Part shown: positions 38,151 to 46,530 of the stretch, piece after piece
How positions within the stretch are numbered: position 1 is the first letter of the stretch
Layout of the letters: every line of letters starts with the position of its first letter
Origin: Elusimicrobiota bacterium
Lineage (GTDB): Bacteria > Elusimicrobiota > Elusimicrobia > Elusimicrobiales > UBA9959
Direction of reading: 5' to 3'
DNA: 48,796 nucleotides
Assembly (NCBI GenBank): GCA_027340875.1
Contig: DAIENX010000024.1
Location: 1-48,796 of the forward strand
The notes under the pieces: model-generated
Databases searched by the model: none
Told to the model about the DNA's origin: nothing
The model's input: only the letters and a program-made list of their open reading frames with translations
Translations under genes and position numbers: made by a program

Positions 38151-39008
38151 ATGAAAAAGAGCCTGATATTCTCGGTACTGATAGGACTGGCCGGCACGGC
38201 CGCAGCCGGAGGGTTCGCCGACCTGGCTGGGACCGCCGGCGGGGACGCCGCGCGGCTGAACGCGCCGGCCGTTCCGGAGCCCGCCAAGGCGAGGCCCGTT
38301 TACGGGGCGCCGCGCAACAACCAGCAGAACATGGCGCTGCGCAAGCTGAAGATGAACCCGGACTGGGACGCCGCCGATAATATCCTGATAGCCAGGGTCG
38401 CCGAGCAGGCCGACATGGCCGTAGTCCTGCGCGAGCTGGCCGCCGGAGGCTTCAAGGTCTCCGTTATGAGCGAGCGCACGATCGCCGCGGACGTGTCCGG
38501 CAAGAACCCTGGCAGCGAGGCTGTGGGCCTGGCCAAGTACTACTACATAACCGAGGTGATGGTAAGCTGCAACGTCTACAGCGGCCTTTTTCCGCGCTCT
38601 GACAAGAGCGTTACCCGCGAGGAACGCCAGACCTTGACCATGAGGGCCGACGGCGGCGCACTGGCGCAGGTCAGCTACGGCCTGGGCTCCCTCGCCGCCA
38701 ACGACGGCAATGAGAGCTACGTTTACGCCGACGAGATCATGCTTTCCGTTACGCTGCCCGGCGCGGCGGGCCCCAGGCAGGTGCGCGTGACGCTGCAGGA
38801 ACCCCGCGTGACGGTGGACCTGAAATACGCCGGCGGAGGGAAGTTCATGGCCCCGCTCGGGCGCTCGCTCACGCTGCTCTCCAGGAAGAACGGCGGGGTC
38901 GTTCTCACCAATACCAGGGAGCTTACTATAACTGTGGACGGCATGGCGCTCACGAACGCCGCTACGCATTCCGACCTGTTCAGGTTCGCTATGCCGTACG
39001 GGGACTGA
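38151..39008 (+). CDS. Exported hypothetical protein
   Basis: GGAGG RBS. Signal peptide MKKSLIF...AAA. Confidence 0.8.
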   Translation: MKKSLIFSVLIGLAGTAAAGGFADLAGTAGGDAARLNAPAVPEPAKARPVYGAPRNNQQNMALRKLKMNPDWDAADNILIARVAEQADMAVVLRELAAGGFKVSVMSERTIAADVSGKNPGSEAVGLAKYYYITEVMVSCNVYSGLFPRSDKSVTREERQTLTMRADGGALAQVSYGLGSLAANDGNESYVYADEIMLSVTLPGAAGPRQVRVTLQEPRVTVDLKYAGGGKFMAPLGRSLTLLSRKNGGVVLTNTRELTITVDGMALTNAATHSDLFRFAMPYGD

Positions 39009-39061
39009 AGGCCGCCAGGCGCCTGGGGAAGAGAACGGGATGGATAGTTTGGAGGAATGTT

Positions 39062-39781
39062 ATGAAAATGTTGATCACCGCGCTATTATTGCTGTCAGGA
39101 ACGCTGCCCTCATGGAGTCAGTCCGAAAAGGGCGCGCTTGCGGCGCGAGGCGGAGAGGAACTCTCGATCCCCGCCGCCAGAACAGCCCCGGCTTCCCGCC
39201 TGCGCTACAGCTACGACGAGCTGATGCGGATGGAAAAGTCCGCGCTGGCCGGCATGGTGCTGGCGCTGCAGAACGGTGGGAACTGCGACGGACACGATAA
39301 CGACGGCAATGACGACGACGATCAGGACGGCTACGATCGTTGCCAGACATACGCCGCGGACGCCGCCGCGACCGGAATGGTCTTTTCGCGGGTAACTCAT
39401 TCCGGTTATGACAACGACGGCACGCTCAAATGGCAGAACGGGAACGTCTTCCTGCTGCGCCACGACGGCTATGATAATGACAGGACCATTTACTGGCCGA
39501 ACGGGCAGAAACTGGTGCTGCGCCGCGGCGGTTATGACAATGACGGGACCATTTACCATTCTGACGGATCCACCTGGCTGCTGCGCCACAACGGTTATGA
39601 CAATGACGGGCAGCTAAGCGGCCCCATGACGGAGAGTCTGCGTCTCGATAACGGCGCCACGCTGGAAGTTGTAAAGTTCGGAGACTCTTTCGAGTTCACT
39701 ATCAAAGGACGCGCTTTCAGGACCAGCTTCTCCATCAGCGAGAAGGGCGATCTGGGAGAGATAAAGGAATGTATCAGGTAA
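39062..39781 (+). CDS. Exported protein with ~21-aa GYDNDG repeats
   Basis: GGAGG RBS, signal peptide, four GYDND(G/R) units. Confidence 0.8.
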   Translation: MKMLITALLLLSGTLPSWSQSEKGALAARGGEELSIPAARTAPASRLRYSYDELMRMEKSALAGMVLALQNGGNCDGHDNDGNDDDDQDGYDRCQTYAADAAATGMVFSRVTHSGYDNDGTLKWQNGNVFLLRHDGYDNDRTIYWPNGQKLVLRRGGYDNDGTIYHSDGSTWLLRHNGYDNDGQLSGPMTESLRLDNGATLEVVKFGDSFEFTIKGRAFRTSFSISEKGDLGEIKECIR

Positions 39782-39808
39782 TAATGGGTAGCTAGGGAGG
39801 ATATCGAG

Positions 39809-40636
39809 ATGAAACGTAAAGCACTGGCGGGAGCTGGGATAGCGGCGTTGGCGGCGCTGGCGGGCTGCGGCATAAAATTCAGCGGCATGCTGGACGTGCA
39901 CGAGCCCATAACCATAACGCAGAAGGGCGCGGCCAATTGCAACCAGCAGTGGAACTGGTGGGACTGCAAGCCGGACAAGACCGTGACTCTGACCCCCGGA
40001 CAGTTCCCGGCGCGGGTGACGCTGGGCATGGCCAATCTGGAGAAGTCCATAAAGCTCGAGGTGGATAACGCCAAGCCCGCCACCAGCGTGGAGATAGCGT
40101 TCAGCAAGGACATCAACATCGGCGGCCATTTCCTGCTGACAGCGGCCCAGACGGGGCAGAACTTCGACCTGGGCGGCGACATAGTCACGAACGTGACCGA
40201 CTCTCCCGAGGAGGAAGGCACGGAAAGCTGCTCCTTCGACGAGGAGGAGCTGGTCTGCGACGATAAGCCCCAGGCCAGGACCGGCGGGCCCTCGGTCGAG
40301 GCCGCAAGGACCGAAGTGCGGAAACTCCTGGCGGACGGGCGGCTGCCGGATACCGACGGTATACAGGCGCCGCGCCCGGTCCTCGCGGGGGGCGCCGTTG
40401 AAGGCAGCCGCCGCTACTACCATGACGTTCCTCCCGGCTGCCATACCGTGCTGGTCAGCCATCCCGGCGAGATGTTCGTGCGCTACTACTACGAGACCAC
40501 CGACCGCGACATCAAGGCGAGCTTCCTGCAGGGGGGGAAGAGCCTGGCCGATTATACCGGCCACGCGTCCGATACCAGGAAGATCTATACCTACAAAGGC
40601 GAGTGCCGGCCCGAGCATTATCATCCCTGGCATTAA
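39809..40636 (+). CDS. Lipoprotein of unknown function
   Basis: GGAGG RBS, lipobox LAGC, paired cysteines. Confidence 0.82.
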   Translation: MKRKALAGAGIAALAALAGCGIKFSGMLDVHEPITITQKGAANCNQQWNWWDCKPDKTVTLTPGQFPARVTLGMANLEKSIKLEVDNAKPATSVEIAFSKDINIGGHFLLTAAQTGQNFDLGGDIVTNVTDSPEEEGTESCSFDEEELVCDDKPQARTGGPSVEAARTEVRKLLADGRLPDTDGIQAPRPVLAGGAVEGSRRYYHDVPPGCHTVLVSHPGEMFVRYYYETTDRDIKASFLQGGKSLADYTGHASDTRKIYTYKGECRPEHYHPWH

Positions 40637-40646
40637 GCGGCGCTGC

Positions 40647-40690
40647 AAGCCCGTCATGGCGGCCTGATCGGGGCCGGCCGTGACGGGCTT
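40647..40690. terminator. Long hairpin, possible terminator
   Basis: AAGCCCGTCATGGC...GCCGTGACGGGCTT. The U-tract is short. Confidence 0.45.
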
Positions 40691-40760
40691 GTAAACGCGG
40701 AACTGGAAAAATGTAAAATCTTGAGGACGGGAATTTGAGGCCCATACGCCAGGAGAGACA

Positions 40761-41612
40761 ATGTCCACGGTATTTTCAGATACTTTGCAGGAACTCCGGA
40801 AAGCCTCAGGTTTTTCCACGGCCTACAGATTCTTCCATGATAACGGAGGCCAGGCCGCGCTGGGGTTCACATACCGGCAATACATGCTGATGGAAAGCGG
40901 CGTATTGCCGGAAGCCGGAAAGCTGGGCAGGCTGATCCCTGCTCTGCGGCTTATCCCCCTGACCCCGCCGGCCAACAGGCTGGTAACGGCGTGGCTGAGG
41001 ACCCGCGCCGGCGAAGCGGTTTACGACCAGCTCGTCGCGCCCATACTTCCGGCGAAGACAAAGGATGCCCAGCAGGCCCCGATGCACGGCCTGGTGCGCG
41101 CGATGATGCGGGAGCGGGTCTACTATCTGACGCACGAGCAGTTCGAGGCGTCGCTGGCCGACTACCCGACCTACATCTGTTATACGGCCATTACCGCTGA
41201 TACCGGATTATGGACGGCCGCGTCCCTGGCCGAGGCGCTGGACCTCAAGAAGGGCGAGGTCGAGGCCGCCCTGAAGAGGCTTGCGTCGGTCGGGATAGCG
41301 AAAAAGGTGAAGCAGGGCGTCTACAGGTGCCCATTTTCCGACAGGATGATACAATGTCCGCAGTTGAACACTGTGTCGCCTGAGCTGCTGAAAAAAGTGA
41401 ACGAGTACATTACTCGTTTGGCGGCGTCGGCCGAAACGCGGCTGCGGGAAGGTTTCTTCGTGCGCGCGGACAGGCATCAGTTCATGGGACATTTTCCGCC
41501 TCTGCTGCGGTTCGCGATTGAGGCGTCGTACGGATATACCGTGCGGGAAAAGAGCCCCTCCACGGCCATTTTCTATGCGGAAGGACGCATCGTACAGGTA
41601 AGGGATTTTTAG
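40761..41612 (+). CDS. Putative HTH transcriptional regulator, unit type 1
   Basis: FSDTLQELRKASGFSTAYRFF..YRQYMLMESG. Winged-helix-like WTAASLAEALDLKKGEVEAALKRLASVG. Confidence 0.75.
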   Translation: MSTVFSDTLQELRKASGFSTAYRFFHDNGGQAALGFTYRQYMLMESGVLPEAGKLGRLIPALRLIPLTPPANRLVTAWLRTRAGEAVYDQLVAPILPAKTKDAQQAPMHGLVRAMMRERVYYLTHEQFEASLADYPTYICYTAITADTGLWTAASLAEALDLKKGEVEAALKRLASVGIAKKVKQGVYRCPFSDRMIQCPQLNTVSPELLKKVNEYITRLAASAETRLREGFFVRADRHQFMGHFPPLLRFAIEASYGYTVREKSPSTAIFYAEGRIVQVRDF

Positions 41613-41621
41613 GCCACCAGC

Positions 41622-42467
41622 ATGAAAACTCAATTCTCGGATACTCTGAAGAAGCTCCGTGAGGAAGCCGGCTACCAGACGGCTTACAAGTTCTACCACG
41701 GCTGCGGCGGCCAGGCCGCGCTGGGAATAACCTACCGGCGCTACCTGCTTCTGGAGCAGGGCGACTGCCCGGAAGGCGGATTGCTGTTGAAACTGCTGCC
41801 GTTCCTCGGTCCGGTCCCTTTAAGCCGGCAGTCCAACGGGCTTATTACGGCGTGGATGAGGACGGTCGTAGGAGAAGAAACTTACGCGGCGGTAATAGCG
41901 CCGTTGGTCTCCGTCGCGGCGGGCGGTACGCATCCTGCGACCGCGGCGGACGGGCAAGGGATAATGAAGCAGGAGCGCAGGCGGCTTTCGCTACAGCAGA
42001 TAGAAGCGGTGCTGGCGGACTACGATACTTTCGTCTGTTTTACAGCCCTTGGCGCGGATACCGGGGTCTGGACCCCGGATGAACTATCCGGTCCGCTGCA
42101 ACTTTCCCCGGCCTGCGCTAAAAAAGCGCTGCAACGACTGGCCAAAGCTGGGGTGCTCGCGAAAGAAGGCTCCGACGGCTACAAGTCAGGTTCTCCTCAG
42201 TGGCAGACCGGCCTGCGCCGGGAGGCGCTGGACGAGAAACTGCTCCGCAAATTGGAAGCCTATACCTCCAAATTGGCCGACTCCGGCCGCCTGCGTCACA
42301 GGACGAGGAATTTCTTCCGCGCGGAGGCCGGAGAGGCGATGAACGGTTATATGCCGCTACTCCTGCAGAGCCTGGCCATGGCTCAGGGCAGCGGCGTCAC
42401 GGCCAGGACCGGCAACACGGCCCTGTTCTATGTGGAAGGCCGGCTGGCCAAAGTACGCGATCTGTAA
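41622..42467 (+). CDS. Putative HTH transcriptional regulator, unit type 2
   Basis: FSDTLKKLREEAGYQTAYKFY..YRRYLLLEQG. Paralog of the upstream gene. Confidence 0.75.
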   Translation: MKTQFSDTLKKLREEAGYQTAYKFYHGCGGQAALGITYRRYLLLEQGDCPEGGLLLKLLPFLGPVPLSRQSNGLITAWMRTVVGEETYAAVIAPLVSVAAGGTHPATAADGQGIMKQERRRLSLQQIEAVLADYDTFVCFTALGADTGVWTPDELSGPLQLSPACAKKALQRLAKAGVLAKEGSDGYKSGSPQWQTGLRREALDEKLLRKLEAYTSKLADSGRLRHRTRNFFRAEAGEAMNGYMPLLLQSLAMAQGSGVTARTGNTALFYVEGRLAKVRDL

Positions 42468-42468
42468 C

Positions 42469-42622
42469 GGTCTGTTGAAAAGCCCCTTTCAGCGTCTTTT
42501 GGCCGGCGCCTTTGCGCCGCTCTACTCACAGTCTCTCGTCGAGAATGCTCGTTTCGCATCGCTGCGGCTCGGCTTCAAAATCGGCTCAAAATACATCAGA
42601 GTAGGCTTTTTTCAACAAGACT
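42469..42622. mobile_element. MITE-like element with IS5/IS1182-style inverted ends
   Basis: GGTCTGTTGAAAAGCC ... GGCTTTTTTCAACAAGAC. No credible ORF inside. Confidence 0.55.
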
Positions 42623-42664
42623 GCTGATCCGGCTTTAAAGCTGGCAAGCGGGGCGGTCCTTGTC

Positions 42665-42970
42665 TTACCCCGCCTTTCTGGAGCTCTCTTTTCTCAATAG
42701 TTCCAGTTTTGCCTTCATTCCTCCGGGAGCGGAGAAGCCCCCGGGAGTGCCGTCGGACTTGATGACCCTGTGGCAGGGGACCGCAGGCGCGAAGGGGTTC
42801 TTTCCCAGGGCGTTGCCGACGGCCCTCACGGCCCCGGGTTTCCCTATCCGTTCCGCTATCCACTTATAGCTGCGCGTCTGGCCGGAAGGTATCTCCATGC
42901 AGGCCTTCCAGACCGCCTGCTGGAACGGCGTATACGCCTTCATCTTCATCAGAATTTCATTTTTAGTCAT
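42665..42970 (-). CDS. ogt: Methylated-DNA--protein-cysteine methyltransferase (MGMT domain only)
   Basis: TPFQQAVW, RAVGNALGKNP, active-site PCHRV. Confidence 0.93.
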   Translation of the reverse strand: MTKNEILMKMKAYTPFQQAVWKACMEIPSGQTRSYKWIAERIGKPGAVRAVGNALGKNPFAPAVPCHRVIKSDGTPGGFSAPGGMKAKLELLRKESSRKAG

Positions 42971-43056
42971 TTTGTTTTTCCTCCAGCTGAGGGATAATGT
43001 ATCAGGGAGTATGCTGATGGCCGAAAACTTAGGCAGGCTGATGCTATAAATTGCGG

Positions 43057-43275
43057 GAGATCATGGGGATGGGTTAGCAAAACCGTCGCGGGATGGAGCG
43101 AAGCGACAGTTCTGTGACCCGAGCTTGCGTAAGCGCGAGGGTCGGGTGGAGCGAAGCGACACCGCAGTGTGCCGAGGCGCGCGCACGGTGGCCGCTTGTT
43201 GAGCATAGCTCTTTATGCGGCACGGCCACAGGCCAGTGCGCGACGCCGTGTTTTGCGTTCCATCCCCATGAGCTC
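43057..43275. mobile_element. MITE/REP-like structured element
   Basis: Terminal inverted repeat GAGATCATGGGGATGG / CCATCCCCATGAGCTC. Internal direct repeat TGGAGCGAAGCGACA at 43094 and 43147. Confidence 0.6.
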
Positions 43276-43286
43276 ACGCTCCTAAG

Positions 43287-44591
43287 TCACTCAGAGAGCT
43301 CCGACCTGCCGCGGAGCTTGCGGTGATACGTTATCCCGAAGCGGTGCGCCTCGTCCCGCAGAGCCTGCAGCAGCCGCAGGCCCGGGTGCGCGCGGTCGAG
43401 CAGTATGGGCCTGGCGTGCAGGGGGGAATAGATCTCCTCCAGCCGCTTGGCCAGGCTTATCACGGGGATCTTCATCTTCGCCGCGCCCAGCGCTTTCATC
43501 GCCGCCGCCAGCTGGCCCGGACCGCCGTCGATAAGCAGCAGGTCCGGGATCTCGGCGCCGGGCTTCTTCAGCTGGGCCAGCCGCCGCCCCACTATCTCCT
43601 CTATCATCGCGAAATCGTTGGAGCCGGACTCCGTATTCCTGAAATTTATCCGGTAATGCCGGTAATGCGCGGCGTGTTTCTCGCCGTTGACGAAGCAGAC
43701 CGAAGAGCCCACGGCCTGCCTGCCGAACAGGCTGGAGGTGTCGAAGGCCTCGATATGGGCAGGAGGGCGCTTAAGCCCCAGCGCGTCCTTCAGCGCGGTG
43801 ACCGCGCCTGTGCGGCCCACCGACCTCTCGAGGAAATCCAGCTCCAGTTTGCCTACCAGGACCCGCTCGCGCATATGGTCGAAGGCCGTCAGGAAGTCCC
43901 GGTAGAGCCCCGCCTCCTCGTATTTAAGGCCCTTGGAGGCCTTGTTCATCTTCTCCGTGAAGCCCGAGCGCAGCTTCTCGAAGTCGCCCCGGAGGAAGTC
44001 GGCCACACGGCCGGCCAGCGCCTGGTAGTCCCCGCGCGAGATGCGCCCCGCGCAGGGAGCCGTGCACTGCCCGGTGTGGAAGTACAGGCAGGCCTTGATC
44101 TTTTTCTCCTCCAGCGGCTTCGCGAGGGAGAAGTCCCAGCGGCAGCGCCGCAGGTCTATGAACTTTATCCGCCAGAGGAAGGACAGGAGCTTTCGCAGCG
44201 GCTCCACCTTCGGGTACGGGCCGAAATAGAGGCCGTGGCCGCGCAGCTTGCGGCGGGTGAACTGCAGGCGGGGGAAGTCCTCCTTCGTCAGCTCTATGTA
44301 AGGGTAGGTCTTGGAGTCCTTCCACATCGCGTTGAAGAAGGGCTGCAGCTTGTGGATGAGCTGGCGCTCGGTGAGCAGGGCCTCGCGCTCGCTCGCGGAG
44401 GCGATGTAGTCGATGCGGCGTATCAGGGCGGTGAGGCTCGGCACCTTGCCGCGCTTGTCCGCCGGATGCTCGCCGAAATACTGCGCCACGCGTTTGCGCA
44501 GGCTCTTGGCCTTGCCCACGTAGAGCACGGCGCCGGAGGCGTCGCGCATCAGGTAGACTCCGGGAGAATCGGGCAGGTGTGAAAGGTCCAT
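43287..44591 (-). CDS. uvrC: Excinuclease ABC subunit C (short form, no C-terminal HhH)
   Basis: GIY-YIG PGVYLM..LYVGKAKSLRKRV, Cys cluster, UVR region, IEAFDTS, LLIDGGPGQL, RDEAHRFG. Confidence 0.92.
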   Translation of the reverse strand: MDLSHLPDSPGVYLMRDASGAVLYVGKAKSLRKRVAQYFGEHPADKRGKVPSLTALIRRIDYIASASEREALLTERQLIHKLQPFFNAMWKDSKTYPYIELTKEDFPRLQFTRRKLRGHGLYFGPYPKVEPLRKLLSFLWRIKFIDLRRCRWDFSLAKPLEEKKIKACLYFHTGQCTAPCAGRISRGDYQALAGRVADFLRGDFEKLRSGFTEKMNKASKGLKYEEAGLYRDFLTAFDHMRERVLVGKLELDFLERSVGRTGAVTALKDALGLKRPPAHIEAFDTSSLFGRQAVGSSVCFVNGEKHAAHYRHYRINFRNTESGSNDFAMIEEIVGRRLAQLKKPGAEIPDLLLIDGGPGQLAAAMKALGAAKMKIPVISLAKRLEEIYSPLHARPILLDRAHPGLRLLQALRDEAHRFGITYHRKLRGRSELSE

Positions 44592-46162
44592 CAGAATTTC
44601 CCCGCCGTCAGCAGCCGGCGTTCTTCTACCTTGAGAAGGCGGAGCCCGAGAAAATATACCGCCACCGCGGCCGGCACGGCGGTCCCGGTCACGGCCAGCG
44701 GGCCGGCGCCGGCCAACAGGATTTTAAGCAGCAGCGCCGTCCCGGCGGCAACGGCGGCGGACAGGGCCGGGCGCCACAGGGGAAGGTGGTAGAAAGGGCT
44801 GAACCCCGACGTCCTTTTCAGGTCCAGCAGGAAGGCTGCCGCAGCGGCCCAGGAGCTTATCGAGGTGGCCAGCATGAGGCCGGAAGCCCCCATCCTGCCC
44901 ATGAAGGCCATGCAGAGCGCCGCGTTCAGCAGCAGCTGAGCAGTTATTATGACGAGCGGCCCTTTGGGCCTGCCAAGGGCGTACAGGGAGGAGGCGGCGA
45001 CCTTGTTGAAGCCGTAGGCCGGCAGGCCGAGGGCAAGCCAGAAAAGGGCGCCGGCCGTCATCGCGCTCTGTTCGGGGGAGAAGCGGCCGTGCTCGAACAG
45101 GGCGCGGCAGATGGGGAGCGCGGTAACGGCTATGCCGGCCGCGGCAGGCAGCATGATGAGCCAGGAGGCGGACATGGCTTCGGCCAGTCGCTCCCTGAAA
45201 CCGCGCATGTCGCCGGCCGCCCTGCTGCCCGCCAGGTCCGGCAGGGACACGGTGGCCGCGGCCGCCGCGAACAGCGAGACCGGGAACTGCACCAGCCTCG
45301 CGGCGTTATAAATGGCGGTGATGGAGCCCGCCGGCAGGAAGCTGGCGTAGAGGGTGTTGACCAGCATGGAGACCTGGTCCTGCGCCAGCGTCACGGCCGC
45401 CGGAGCCGCGGCCAGCAGGGCAGGGGCCGCGCGCAGGCTGCTGAGAGGATTGGAGAACTTAAGCCCGTACCCCTGCCTGAACAGCAGGGGCAGCAGCAGG
45501 CCCGCCTGCAGCAGGCCGGAGGCGGAGGCGGCGGCCGCCACCAGGATGATGCGTCCCCTGGCGTCCAACTGGCCGAAGAAGCCGGCGCGGAAGGAGAGCA
45601 GCACGCCTATGATCAGCAGCGAGAACGCGGCCGGGGCCAGGGCGGGCAGGAAGAACTTCCTGGCTGAGTTCAGCGCCGCGGTGAACAGGGCCGAGACGTT
45701 GACGAAGAGTATGTGCGGCATCAGCACCGCCGCCAGCAGGGCCGTAAGCTCGAACTTGTCGGGAGAGCCGCGGAAGCCCCAGGCGCTGAGGGCGGCGAAT
45801 TCGCGCCTGAAAAGGATGCCGGCCGCCGCCAGCGCGGCCGACAGGAAGAATACTATGGTCCAGGAGGAGGCGAAGAAATGCCCGGCCGCCTCCGGCCCTT
45901 TGAGCTTCTCCTCCTCCAGTCGCGGTATGAAGACGGCGTTTATCGCCCCTTCCCCGCCCGTCCTCCGGAACATGTTGACCAGCCTGAAGGCGGCGTAATA
46001 GGCGTCCGCCAGGGCCCCGCCGCCGAAAACGGCCACCAGCAGGGCGTCCCTGGCGTAGCCCAGGACCTTGGTGACCAGGTTGGCGACGGTGATGCCGGCC
46101 ATGCCCCTGGAGAAGCCGCCCGCCGTGGCGGCCGGTACCCGGGCATTTGCTTTTTCCGTCAT
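44591..46162 (-). CDS. murJ: Lipid II flippase MurJ
   Basis: KVLGYARD, DAYYAAFRLVNMFRR..GEGA, RLVQFPVSLF, LFEHGRF. Start at the ATG at 46162. Confidence 0.93.
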   Translation of the reverse strand: MTEKANARVPAATAGGFSRGMAGITVANLVTKVLGYARDALLVAVFGGGALADAYYAAFRLVNMFRRTGGEGAINAVFIPRLEEEKLKGPEAAGHFFASSWTIVFFLSAALAAAGILFRREFAALSAWGFRGSPDKFELTALLAAVLMPHILFVNVSALFTAALNSARKFFLPALAPAAFSLLIIGVLLSFRAGFFGQLDARGRIILVAAAASASGLLQAGLLLPLLFRQGYGLKFSNPLSSLRAAPALLAAAPAAVTLAQDQVSMLVNTLYASFLPAGSITAIYNAARLVQFPVSLFAAAAATVSLPDLAGSRAAGDMRGFRERLAEAMSASWLIMLPAAAGIAVTALPICRALFEHGRFSPEQSAMTAGALFWLALGLPAYGFNKVAASSLYALGRPKGPLVIITAQLLLNAALCMAFMGRMGASGLMLATSISSWAAAAAFLLDLKRTSGFSPFYHLPLWRPALSAAVAAGTALLLKILLAGAGPLAVTGTAVPAAVAVYFLGLRLLKVEERRLLTAGKF

Positions 46163-46184
46163 AGAATGATAAACTATGTCCACT

Positions 46185-46481
46185 ATGGCAAAACTCAAGA
46201 CCGGCAGGCATACCAGCGCTATAAAGGCCTGGCGCAAATCAGAAAAACTGGCGTCCCGCAACAGGGGCGTGAAGGCCCGTATCCACGATACCACCAAGGA
46301 TTTCGGCGCGCTCGTGTCCAAGAAGGACATGGAGAACGCGCAGAAGATGCTCCCGAAGGCCTACTCGCTGCTCGACAAGGCCGCCAAGACCGGCACCCTG
46401 CATTGGAAGGCCGCCGCCCGCAAGAAGGCGCGCCTCGCCGCCAAGATCAGGACGATCGCGCAGAACCCTTCCGTAAAGTAA
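46185..46481 (+). CDS. rpsT: 30S ribosomal protein S20
   Basis: SAIKAWRKSEK..RN, LDKAAKTGTLHWKAAARKKARL. Alternative start at 46176. Confidence 0.95.
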   Translation: MAKLKTGRHTSAIKAWRKSEKLASRNRGVKARIHDTTKDFGALVSKKDMENAQKMLPKAYSLLDKAAKTGTLHWKAAARKKARLAAKIRTIAQNPSVK

Positions 46482-46500
46482 CTTCCGCATTGGAAAGAAC

Positions 46501-46530
46501 GAGCCCCGGCGCAGTCAGCCGGGGCTTTTG
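46501..46530. terminator. Intrinsic terminator
   Basis: AGCCCCGGC-GCAGTCA-GCCGGGGCT-TTT between rpsT and holA. Confidence 0.85.

Noticed and set aside
20458..38969. Long antisense ORFs (for example 20458-22104, 33977-35704, 37293-38969)
   Set aside because: These are shadows of high-GC genes on the opposite strand, with no motifs and V/H/R-skewed composition.
43127..43145. Further copies of the GCGTAAG element (here and at 6091)
   Set aside because: They lack YC-N4-GGGCA and the downstream CAKGC/-10 spacing.
46163..46330. N-terminal extensions in the ORF track (murJ to 46330, holA to 47745 and others)
   Set aside because: They overlap neighbouring real genes. Downstream ATGs fit the family N-termini.
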